A stretch of DNA of 22,660 nucleotides from the NCBI RefSeq assembly GCF_006345805.1, contig NW_021823987.1, positions 1 through 22,660 of the forward strand, read 5' to 3'. This DNA is from Octopus sinensis. Its lineage: Eukaryota. Each line of letters begins with the position of its first letter. Position 1 is the first letter of the stretch. Made by a program: the position numbers and the translations under genes. Shown one piece after another: positions 1 through 8,414 of this stretch. The notes under the pieces are model-generated. The model was not told the origin of the DNA and ran no database searches. It was given only the letters and a program-made list of their open reading frames with translations.

Positions 1-412
1 ACGATACAATAAACACCTGACAAGACATTCGAACCCTCAGTCTTCAGTCAAGAACCGGATCATCGTAGTAATTTCGCTGATTAATCTTGGATTACCAGAT
101 CACGGCCAGCCCTCCAAGAAAAACTAAGCAACGAGCATTAGAAAAACTAAGCTAGGAGCGTAGATTTCCTGAAGAAGGATCGATGCATACGGACAACCAG
201 GACAGCAAAAGGGACGAATATAAAAAAAACAAAAAATAATGGAATACAGAAACATGAAATACAGAAGCATTAACGGTGAAAACAACAACAATTGTCTTAC
301 GACTGATAACAAGCAACAAAAATTTTTTCTCTGGCGCAAGGAAGGAGCCTTATCGGCGATGCCTATAGCGGCGGACGAAAAACAACGATGTTAACACGAC
401 GCTGGTCACATA
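1..412 (-). mobile_element. Unclassified interspersed repeat 'family X' (structured-RNA-like), copy A; may continue past the window edge
   Basis: Reverse complement of 20-150 matches 4519-4660 and 13420-13560 (GCTTAGTTTTT..GGCTGGCC..CAGC(C)GAAAT..GAT(C/T)CGGT..TGACTGAAGA..TTCGAATG). 260-410 shows patchy similarity to 13215-13330 (GTCGTA.GACAA, CACCGTTA, CGCCAG, GACCA). Confidence 0.75.
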
Positions 413-597
413 TGACTATATATATACTTAATCTATGTATTTAGACATGCAACGATTCCCATCCCACGCCCTAATTCCAGTGAAGAAGCCCCACCCCCCC
501 CACCTCACATACCTTCATCCCCACACACCTTCTCCAAACCATCCACTGCTGCTGAATGTGCTGCTGTTGCTTCGTTCTTCCCTGCAACATGTAGAAC

Positions 598-740
598 TGC
601 ACACGCGCACGCACGCACGCACGCACGCATATGCGACACATATCCCAAACGCGCAGACTACAACACGCCCTCGCTCCTACCACACACACACACACACACA
701 CACAACACACACACACAACACATATACACACACACGCACT
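598..740. repeat. (CA)n/(CACG)n compound microsatellite
   Basis: Direct inspection. Confidence 0.9.
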
Positions 741-930
741 TATACTGGCCATTGATCTTGCCAGTTAGTAGAATGTGAACCAATTTAGATTCCATATCGA
801 CCCAAAACTGTATTCTTCACTGAACAGCCAACTTCCCAATGTACTCCACATGAACTAATCATCGAGTCTCTGACATAGTCGCACAGTTTGCTAGAAAGAG
901 CAGCCAAATCTTTCTGAAATTAAAGATTAC

Positions 931-1094
931 CTATTTCTTTACTACCCACAAGGGGCTAAACACAGAAGGGACAAACAAGGACAGACAAAGGGATTAAGTC
1001 GATTATATCGACCCCAGTGCGTAACTGCTACTTATTTAATCGACCCCGAAAGGATGAAAGGCAAAGTCGACCTCGGCGGAATTTGAACTCAGAA
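931..1094 (-). mobile_element. tRNA-derived SINE (family 1, Meta/MESC-like core), 5'-truncated
   Basis: Minus strand reads B-box GAGTTCAAATTCC, then GCCGAGGTCGACTTTGCCTTTCATCCTTTCGGGGTCGA, then tail ...CCCCTTGTGGGTAGTAAAGAAATAG; near-identical to copies at 4024-4435 and 8695-8927. Confidence 0.9.
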
Positions 1095-1114
1095 GATAGC
1101 GGCGGAGTCTTATT

Positions 1115-1800
1115 GTTTTACTTGTCTCCGAGATTTGACTGCGGTCATGCTGGAGCACCGCCTGGAAGATGTTTTAGTCGAATAAATCGAGTACTCATTT
1201 CTCAAGCCTAGTACTTATTCTATCGGTGTCTTTTGCCGAACCGCTATGATACCGGGACGTAAAATCACCAACACCGGTTATCAAACGGTGTAGGAGTTCA
1301 AACACAGACAAACATACACACACATACACACACACATACATATATAGGCATACATCTATCTATCTATCTCTCTCTCTCTATATATATATATATACACATA
1401 TATATATATATATATCCACACACACACATATATATATATATACACACACACATTTTTTATAATACATATATATATAAATACATATATATGTATATATATA
1501 CACACATATAACCAATATATATATATATCTATAATATATATATTATATTATATATATATATATATATAGCCACATACATAGATATACAAGTACATGTAAT
1601 ATTTACATATGTACATACATACATGCATATATACATACGATACACAGGCTTCTTTCAGTTCCCAGCAACCGAATCCACTCACAAGGCTTTGATCGGTCCC
1701 AAGCTTTAGTAGAAGACACTTGCCCAAGGTACCAAGCAATGGGATTGAACCCGGAACAATGTGGTTTGGAATTTAGGCTTTTTACCACACAGCCACGTCT
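1115..1800 (-). mobile_element. CORE-type tRNA SINE (family 2): head 1643-1800, internal (TA/CA) microsatellite about 1310-1640, 3' tail 1115-1310
   Basis: Head has A-box TGGCTGTGTGG, B-box GGGTTCAATCCC and CORE-like CCTTGGGCAAGTGTCTT (matches 22496-22660). Tail matches 12820-13055 (GGCGGTGCTCCAGCATG..CGCAGTCAAA). Confidence 0.85.
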
Positions 1801-1884
1801 ATTGATTTTGTCTTTTTTTTTTTTTTTCATATTTTAAAAATTGGAATGATACGAATTTTAAAATGTAGGCAGATATAAGATATG

Positions 1885-1968
1885 TCTAAAACATGTGAGG
1901 TGGTCACTGCTGGAAAGTCTTTGATCATAGGTCTGCCAGATCAATACTGACCTGGGGTTCAATAACAG
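1885..1968 (-). repeat. Degenerate fragment of an interspersed repeat (possibly related fragments at 885-930, 14745-14800, 20675-20860)
   Basis: TTGCTAGAAA..CAGCCA is shared by 885-930 and 14745-14765. The link to 1885-1968 and 20675-20860 rests on weak similarity and recollection of an octopus repeat. Confidence 0.35.
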
Positions 1969-2259
1969 TACCATAAACACCACATCCAGCACCAACAAGA
2001 ACCACAACATCAATGACGATGATGACTACGACGACGTCATTAAATCTTTATCAGTCAGTGTTGCCTCGTATCTGCCTTTTCCGCGTCGTTTTTCTAAACA
2101 GACGTAATGCGATTTTCTTACATCGTTTGTTTCATAAGGAGCAGGAACGACGCCATTTTCTTCCTCGTTAAGTTTTAATTGTGCCTCTGTGTGTGTAGGT
2201 GCGGTTGAAGGCATTTCCAGATATCTTTTGCCCAAAGAGCGGAGTTCTCACATCGTCTA

Positions 2260-2283
2260 TCAATCTCTCTATCAATCAATCAG

Positions 2284-2362
<79 letters not shown>
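2260..2362. repeat. (ATCT)n tetranucleotide microsatellite
   Basis: Direct inspection. Confidence 0.95.
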
Positions 2363-2364
<2 letters not shown>

Positions 2365-2496
2365 GCTTTATTTAAAGCAGCAGAAAATTCAAAAAAACCT
2401 GTTACTCTGAGTTTCCCGTTGCCGTTCATCGGACAGTTTTTGCTAGAATGGAACCCATATGTCAACTCTATTTTCTGCTGCTTTAAATAAAGCATA
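2362..2496 (-). mobile_element. Small inverted-repeat element with a hammerhead-like motif in its loop
   Basis: Perfect 27-bp inverted repeat, 2362-2388 (TATGCTTTATTTAAAGCAGCAGAAAAT) and 2470-2496, flanked by (ATCT)n tracts. Confidence 0.75.
2395..2440 (-). ncRNA. Type I minimal hammerhead ribozyme-like motif (variant or degenerate)
   Basis: Minus strand: AAAACUGU-CCGAUGA-ACG-GCAA-CGG-GAAAC-UCAGA-GUA-ACAGGUUU. Stem I CUGU/ACAG, GNRA-capped stem II (first pair A-G mismatch), quasi-palindromic stem III ACUC-A-GAGU, cleavage triplet GUA. Core has U4->C. Confidence 0.65.
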
Positions 2497-2565
2497 TTAC
2501 TCTACCACTGGTATCTGAGTACTCTTTTTTCCACCTTGTTTCACATTTATGTGTTTACTACTACG

Positions 2566-2566
2566 G

Positions 2567-2642
<76 letters not shown>

Positions 2643-2652
2643 ATATATATCT

Positions 2653-2695
<43 letters not shown>
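2566..2695. repeat. (ATCT)n-(TA)n microsatellite
   Basis: Direct inspection. Confidence 0.95.
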
Positions 2696-2699
<4 letters not shown>

Positions 2700-2779
2700 G
2701 ATATTATTATACACGTAACTACACGTGGGAAGTTTACATCCTTCTCTTTATCTCTCTCTATACATACATATATATGTTG

Positions 2780-2962
2780 AAAACCGGTGTTGGTGGGTTT
2801 ACGTCCCTGAAACTTAATGGTTCACCAAAAATACCGATGGAATAAGTACCAGGCTTTACAAAAAAAAAAGAAATAAGTATTGGGTTCGATAAGTTCGACC
2901 AAAATTCTTCAAGGCATTACCCCAGCATGGTCGCAGTTTAATGACTGATATAGGTAACAAAA
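2780..2962 (+). mobile_element. Family 2 SINE 3' tail, diverged
   Basis: TTTACGTCCCTGAAACTTA..ACCGATGGAATAAGTACCAGGC..CCAGCATGGTCGCAGTTTAATGACTGA matches the reverse complement of 12850-13000. Confidence 0.8.
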
Positions 2963-3042
2963 AAATCGTTATTTGCACCGTGTAGAATCTGAAACATTTA
3001 TTTACATATTTATGTTTGATAGATTCAGGCGCAAAATATGGT

Positions 3043-3290
3043 GTTTGCCGTAGTATATATATCATAACAGAATAACTTCTCCCCTTTTACGTCGACAATG
3101 TTTTCGACACACTTGGTTCATTGGCGCACAGGATTCTATGAGTAAGGGGGTGCTTCTGACTGACGAGACATAACATGTCGAAAAACTAGTGTCCAAGAAT
3201 CCCGTGCGCCCACGAGCCGAGCGTGTTGAACACATTCACGTCGCAAAAGGGAGAAGTTATTTTCTTTGGATATACATTGCAACGACCAAC
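3043..3290 (+). mobile_element. Long imperfect inverted-repeat (hairpin) element with a hammerhead core in the loop
   Basis: Arm 3071-3137 pairs with 3196-3261 (AATAACTTCTCCC../..GGGAGAAGTTATT; GGCGCACAGGATTCT/AGAATCCCGTGCGCC). Weaker extension to about 3043/3290. Confidence 0.75.
3153..3200 (+). ncRNA. Type I hammerhead ribozyme-like motif (degenerate stems I and III)
   Basis: CUGACGA (3160-3166)-GACAU-AAC-AUGUC-GAAA-A-ACUAGU (palindrome)-GUC (3191-3193). Perfect stem II; position 15.2 is A rather than C; stem I imperfect. Confidence 0.65.
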
Positions 3291-3665
3291 TTATTCTACG
3301 TCTGAACCAGCTCTACAAGCATGTATGTATGTATGTCATCGTTCAGTTTTATTTCAAGATTTCTTGCCAATAAAGAACCGGTTTCTAACCTAGATTCAAG
3401 GCTCCTTCACTGGAATCTCAACACCAACAACACGATATTTTTTGTATGTATGTATGTGTGTAGATTTGTATGTTTTGCTTTATGTATGAATTCGCATTCA
3501 TATAGTTGCATATCTAGGCATGCTCATATATATTTAAACGATAAATTTCTGGAAAGTTTTACAGATTTTTATAGTTCCAGTAGTAGATTGGATTTGTAGT
3601 CTTTAAATTAGCTTTCTCCTTTCTGGTTTTGAGAAGCCTAATTTCTCAAGATTGGCATTTTGGCA

Positions 3666-3666
<1 letters not shown>

Positions 3667-3697
<31 letters not shown>
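3667..3697. repeat. (TG)n microsatellite
   Basis: Direct inspection. Confidence 0.95.
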
Positions 3698-3701
<4 letters not shown>

Positions 3702-3869
3702 TAGATAGATATAGTATATGTGTGCAGTCTAGCGATGGGTTAGCTGGCTGAAACTTCGAAGTCACTCTCAATAATATTCGTAAGAATAATATAATATGCA
3801 TACATGTGTGTGTATGTGTATAAATTTGTTGATAGAAACACTGATTGATATAGATATATAGACATATAC

Positions 3870-4436
3870 AGTCGATCAGATCGACCCCAGTACGCGACTG
3901 GTACTTAAATTTATCGACCCCGAAAGGATGAAAGGCAAATTCGACCTCGGCGGAATTTGAACTCAGAACGTAAAGACACACGAAATGTCGCTATGCATTT
4001 CGCCCGGCGTGCTAACGTTTCTTATTTCTTTATTACCCACAAGGGGCTAAACATAGAAGGGACAAACAAGGATAGACAAAGGGATTAAGTCGATTACATC
4101 GACCCCAGTGCATAACTGGTACTTTATTTATCGACCCCGAAAGGATGAAAGGCAAAGTCGACCTCGGCGGAATTTGAACTCAGAGCATAAAGACAGGCGA
4201 AATACCTATTTCTTTATTACCCACAAGGAGCTAAACACAGAGGGGACAAACAAGGACAGACATAGGCATTAAGTCGATTACATCGACCCCAGTGCGTAAC
4301 TGGTAGTTAATTTATCGACCCCGAAAGGATGAAAGGCAAAGTCGACCTCGGCGGAATTTGAACTCAGAGCATAAAGACAGACAAAATACCGCTAAGCATT
4401 TCGCCCGGTATGTAACGCTTCTGCCAGCTCGCCGCC
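3870..4436 (-). mobile_element. Family 1 SINE, three head-to-tail units (about 3870-4020, 4024-4205, 4206-4436)
   Basis: Three copies of ATCGACCCCGAAAGGATGAAAGGCAAA.TCGACCTCGGCGGAATTTGAACTCAGA; tRNA-like head GGCGGCGAGCTGGCAGAAGCGTTA at about 4413-4436. Confidence 0.92.
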
Positions 4437-4518
4437 TTTTCCAGATATACATATATTTATATAAGCATGTGTACGCGTGTACATATAAGTGCGTATATGC
4501 GAATATATATATATATAT

Positions 4519-4710
4519 TCCAAGAAATCTAATGCTCGTAGCTTAGTTTTTCCTTGGGGCTGGCCGGATCGGAGCGATCTCAAGATTAATCAGCCGAAAT
4601 TGCGAGGATGATCCGGTTCTTGACTGAAGATTAGAAGCTTCGAATGACCCGTCCGATTTTTGTGTTGTCTATTTGAATGTTTTGCGTTCTTGTCCCATTT
4701 TGTATTTCTA
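4519..4710 (+). mobile_element. Family X repeat, copy B
   Basis: Homologous to 1-150 (minus strand) and 13420-13590. Confidence 0.75.
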
Positions 4711-4734
4711 TATATATTTTTTATATATACATAT

Positions 4735-4777
<43 letters not shown>

Positions 4778-4850
4778 AATTAATAAATAAAACATATGCA
4801 TATTACATACATATATGTTACGTACCTACCTCTACATGTATATATACATG
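4710..4850. repeat. (TA)n-rich low-complexity tract
   Basis: Direct inspection. Confidence 0.9.
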
Positions 4851-5024
4851 CGGGTACAGGACTCAAAAAAGACGTCGAACACAATGAGAAACGAAAACAT
4901 AAACACAAAACCAGGGAACTGAACATTTTTCTTAAACAACGAAAAAATAGAGTACAGGACAAATAACTCAAGGAAAATTCCCCTTCTTCAGCCGCCATGG
5001 TTTCATCTACTCTACGTTCGAAGG

Positions 5025-5430
5025 TCAGATCATCCCATAAGTTCTATCTGAATTTTGAATAAAGAAAACAAGTGATCAAAGGTTATATTTAATTGAAATT
5101 TTATCATCAATGTACTTTCCCTGTTTATCTATTACTTCCTTCCATCTATTTACAAGCTTTTTAATCCCATCAATGTAAAACTCTTTCGGTTTCAAAGCGA
5201 AGAACTCTGAAATGTCAGTTTTGACCAACTCCTGGCTTGCGAAAGTTATGTCCCCCAAATGATTCTGTAAACTACGAAACAAATGGTAGTCTGAAGGAGT
5301 AAGGTCGGGAGAATAAGGTGGACAAGCTTTTTAATCCCATCAATGTAAAACTCTTTTGGTTTCAAAGCGAAGAACTCTGAAATGTCAGTTTCGATCTTCT
5401 CCTGGCTTGCGAAAGTTATGTCCCCCAAAT
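5025..5430 (-). mobile_element. Mariner (Tc1/mariner) DNA transposon relic: transposase C-terminus and probable 3' terminal region, with internal 109-bp duplication
   Basis: 5321->5076 translates PPYSPDLTPSDYHLFRSLQNHL...FFALKPKEFYIDGIKKLVNRWKEVIDKQGKYIDD, containing the mariner YSPDL(A)PSD motif and typical C-terminus. TIR-like AACTTATGGGATGATCTGA near 5025-5043. Confidence 0.9.
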
Positions 5431-5575
5431 ACACATACACACACACACACACACACATATGCTTTTATGCATATGTACCCGTGTGTATTTATGTATATGT
5501 TTATACATAGATTTATACAAACATACATACATATGGTTTAGTATAATATATATACGTGTGTGTGTGTGTGTGTGT
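5431..5575. repeat. (CA)n/(TA)n/(TG)n compound microsatellites
   Basis: Direct inspection. Confidence 0.85.
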
Positions 5576-5760
5576 ATTTTTCCCTTGTTTACAATTAACA
5601 TGGAAAAAATAGATAAACACTTTCCAGGGTAGCAAAAAATTACACAAATAATAAGGCCGTAACACCTTGTTTTTAAAGGTAGAAACTCTGGGTTTATGTG
5701 AAATATTTTGTATAATATATATAAATAAATAAATGGAGTTAAACGCGGGTGTTATTCAAA

Positions 5761-5860
5761 TTCTTTTACTTCCGACACATGTTTCAAAGATAACATTGTT
5801 ATTATTCCAAAGGAATAAAGTGGTGTAAAACAACGTAATCTTCTCTTCGGGGAAAAAAAG
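5761..5860 (-). ncRNA. Type I hammerhead ribozyme-like motif with long stem II (variant or degenerate)
   Basis: Minus strand: UUUUCC-CCGAAGA (5850-5844)-GAAGAUUACGUUGUU..AACAAUGUUAUCUUU-GAAAC (5785-5781)-AUGU-GUC-GGAAG. Palindrome ACAUGU in stem III; inner hairpin UUAUUCC/GGAAUAA. Confidence 0.7.
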
Positions 5861-6044
5861 AAATAAAACAAACTCGTCAATAAGACATTTTAACAGAATA
5901 TGATGGATATGTATAATGATGAACGGAACACTATTAAGTTTTTTTTTTTTTTAAATGTTTGAGGATATAACCTCAAAGGTAGCCTGAAGAAAGAAGAGGG
6001 GTAAAGGAAAGAAAAAAAGCAGGAACCAAATAAATGAGAAATAT

Positions 6045-6049
6045 GTTTG

Positions 6050-6101
<52 letters not shown>

Positions 6102-6346
6102 TGTGTGTGTGTATGTATGTATGTATGTATGTAAGTGTGCCAGTATCTTTCTATATATTATACATATTATGTTTGTATGTTTCCATGTCAGTATGTATAT
6201 ATGTGTACGCTTGTATATATGAAGATATGTAAGATATGTAGCGGGTATGTATTTATATATCGATATATAAGCATAAGTGTAGCTATGTGTGTAAGTATTA
6301 CGAATGATGAAGATGTGTGTCTGTGTGTGTGTGTGTGTGTGTGTGC
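6045..6346. repeat. (TA)n/(TG)n/(TATG)n compound microsatellite region
   Basis: Direct inspection; explains the ORFs at 5973-6436. Confidence 0.9.
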
Positions 6347-7074
6347 GAAGCATTTATCCTTGGTGTGACTTTCAATTGCATCTAGTGGTGGAATCCTGGT
6401 TAGAGAGTTCGCGGCTTTTGACGAGTTTGGAATCACTTCTTAACCATTATTGTTCCCAGGGCTACTCTGAACTGCGCTAGTAGCATATGTCAGGGTCCCG
6501 GCTATGGGTTGATTAGCATATTAGGGCTCGCCTAGCTATGCATGTAATAATAGATCAAGCACGCTCTGTTGAAGAAACCTTCATGGTTCAACGGAGAGAA
6601 AGGTGGCTGCAGCAACGGATTGTGGAGCGCAGAGAGCAATACGAGACTAGTAAGGACACCTTACTCATTCACTGTATCTGTCTCCATCTTCAGTCGTCCT
6701 GACTTGGTCTTAACATGGACTTGAAGTTGATCACAGATGAGAGAGTGAGGTTAATGCTGCACAACACTTCATCACCTTAAACAAAGTCACCGCTCAAGTC
6801 ACTAGCCATACTTAAGTATGACCAGACGGTCCTCTTCGCTCCGACGGACGAACGTGTGTGAATATATATGTTTGAGTTTCAGTATGTTCCAGTGTATGTA
6901 TTATGTAAGTGTGTGTAATGCTTACATGTTACTGGAGACACCGTTCGTTACGCAAAACGATTTCTGTTCGAAAAATTATTCGTAAATCGTCTAAATACAC
7001 ACAGAAATATCTACATAACTCACTCAACTTTCATACTGGTCAAAATGGATAAGCCTCCTTCTGTTGCGCATCCA

Positions 7075-7225
7075 TTAATGCTACATCGCCTGAAGAAATG
7101 AATCCATGAAGATTATCTACATGATGCCCACGAATGCTACAGACTACACTGTTATCATCCCAAGAATACGGACTGTGGTCTTAAGTGACATGTGATTTGT
7201 GGAAACGCGCGTAGTGTTGCATTAA
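7075..7225 (+). ncRNA. Type I hammerhead ribozyme-like motif with intact core, palindromic stem III and large stem II insertion
   Basis: UUAAUGC..CGC-CUGAAGA (7090-7096)-AAUGAAUCCAUG...CAUGUGAUUUGUG-GAAAC (7202-7206)-GCGC-GUA (7211-7213)-GUG-UU-GCAUUAA. Palindrome ACGCGCGU; internal hairpin AGACUACA/UGUGGUCU (7141-7181). Confidence 0.7.
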
Positions 7226-7440
7226 AATGCTTATAAATTCCATCCAAGGATTATTGTCATTATTACTATATTTATCTTACATTATATCAGTACAGCTCGG
7301 TGCAACCCCAAAAAACTGGTTCACCAGTAAGCATCATTAGACCATGGTCAGCCTAAGAGTATAGGAGTTTTATTTGTATATTTAAAACGTTTCCTAACTT
7401 AACTAACTTAAAAATATATATATATATATATATATATATT

Positions 7441-7552
7441 GGCCTGCTCGCCTAGCCAGCGGGGTGGTGTCATTGAAGGCTAAAACAATGCATTGTGACA
7501 AGCGATGTGTAGCAACATCTGCTGGACTGGTCAGTCACGTGATCACGTGTGA
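7441..7552 (+). mobile_element. 3' fragment of a third SINE-like family (also about 9340-9502)
   Basis: GCATTGTGAC(A/C)AGCGATGTGTA(G/A)CAACATC..CTGGT is shared between about 7490-7532 and 9448-9489. Confidence 0.6.
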
Positions 7553-7671
7553 TATATATATATATATATTATATACACACACACACACACACATGCATGC
7601 ATACATACATACATACATATGTGTACGTGTGTGTGTGTTTGTACGCACGTATATATATATATATGTATATA

Positions 7672-7738
<67 letters not shown>

Positions 7739-7865
7739 CATGTGTGTATGTATGTATGCAATATGTATGAATGTCTGTATGTGTACGCGCTCAAGTGCGT
7801 GTATGTGTGTGTTTGTGCGAGTGTGTGTGTTGTGTGTGTAGTGGTGTGTGTGTGTGTGTGTATAC
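7552..7865. repeat. (TA)n/(CA)n/(TG)n compound microsatellite
   Basis: Direct inspection. Confidence 0.95.
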
Positions 7866-8107
7866 ATGTCAATTATTCAAAGTTGTGATTGCGTGAGCGG
7901 TAAATCAGGGTTTTAGGTTTCCACCTTAATCAGTTGAAGATCCGTCCATCCTGAAATGTTACTTCAAACAAACAGTCAGTCGCCTATCTTCCTCTGGATC
8001 GGTTAACGTTGGAGACAACTTGGGTGGGACCTACTGGTTAGAAACGTGCCAGTGTCAGAGAGATCGGAGCGCTTAAACTGAAAGGCAATAGAATGAACAC
8101 GAATAAG

Positions 8108-8128
8108 TAGAGGAAGGTGGGAGAGAAG

Positions 8129-8179
<51 letters not shown>

Positions 8180-8280
8180 AGAGAGGGAAGCTATAGAAAA
8201 GAAGAAGAAAAATAAATGACAAGAAAAATGAAGAATACGAACGGGGGAGGATTGAAATAAATAAATAAATAAATAATGAA
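8108..8280. repeat. (GA)n / purine-rich tract and (AAAT)n
   Basis: Direct inspection. Confidence 0.9.
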
Positions 8281-8414
8281 TTATAGGCGAACCAACCTGG
8301 ACAGGAATGGCAGCAAGGGGAAGAGGGGTCTGTAAGGGAAGGGAGACTATGGTAGGATATAAGGAATTTTGGACGAACAGTTAAAAAGTTAGAATAATAG
8401 TAATTTCAGATGCA

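Noticed and set aside
165-200. CUGAAGA on the plus strand
   Set aside because: No following stem II or GAAA, and not conserved in the other family X copies.
1017-1211. Recurrent RPRKDERQSRPRRNLNSE ORFs (also 16025-16430)
   Set aside because: Antisense translations of the family 1 SINE; the similarity is at the DNA level.
3365-3425. Minus-strand hammerhead-like fragment (AGCCU..AGGUU-A-GAAACCGGUUC)
   Set aside because: It has a palindromic GAAACCGGUU but no recognisable CUGANGA or stem I; too degenerate to call.
6480-6600. Short direct repeat (TAGCATAT.T.AGGG..GCTATG) and hairpin CTCTGTTGAA/TTCAACGGAG
   Set aside because: Short and unassignable; could be chance or an unidentifiable repeat remnant.
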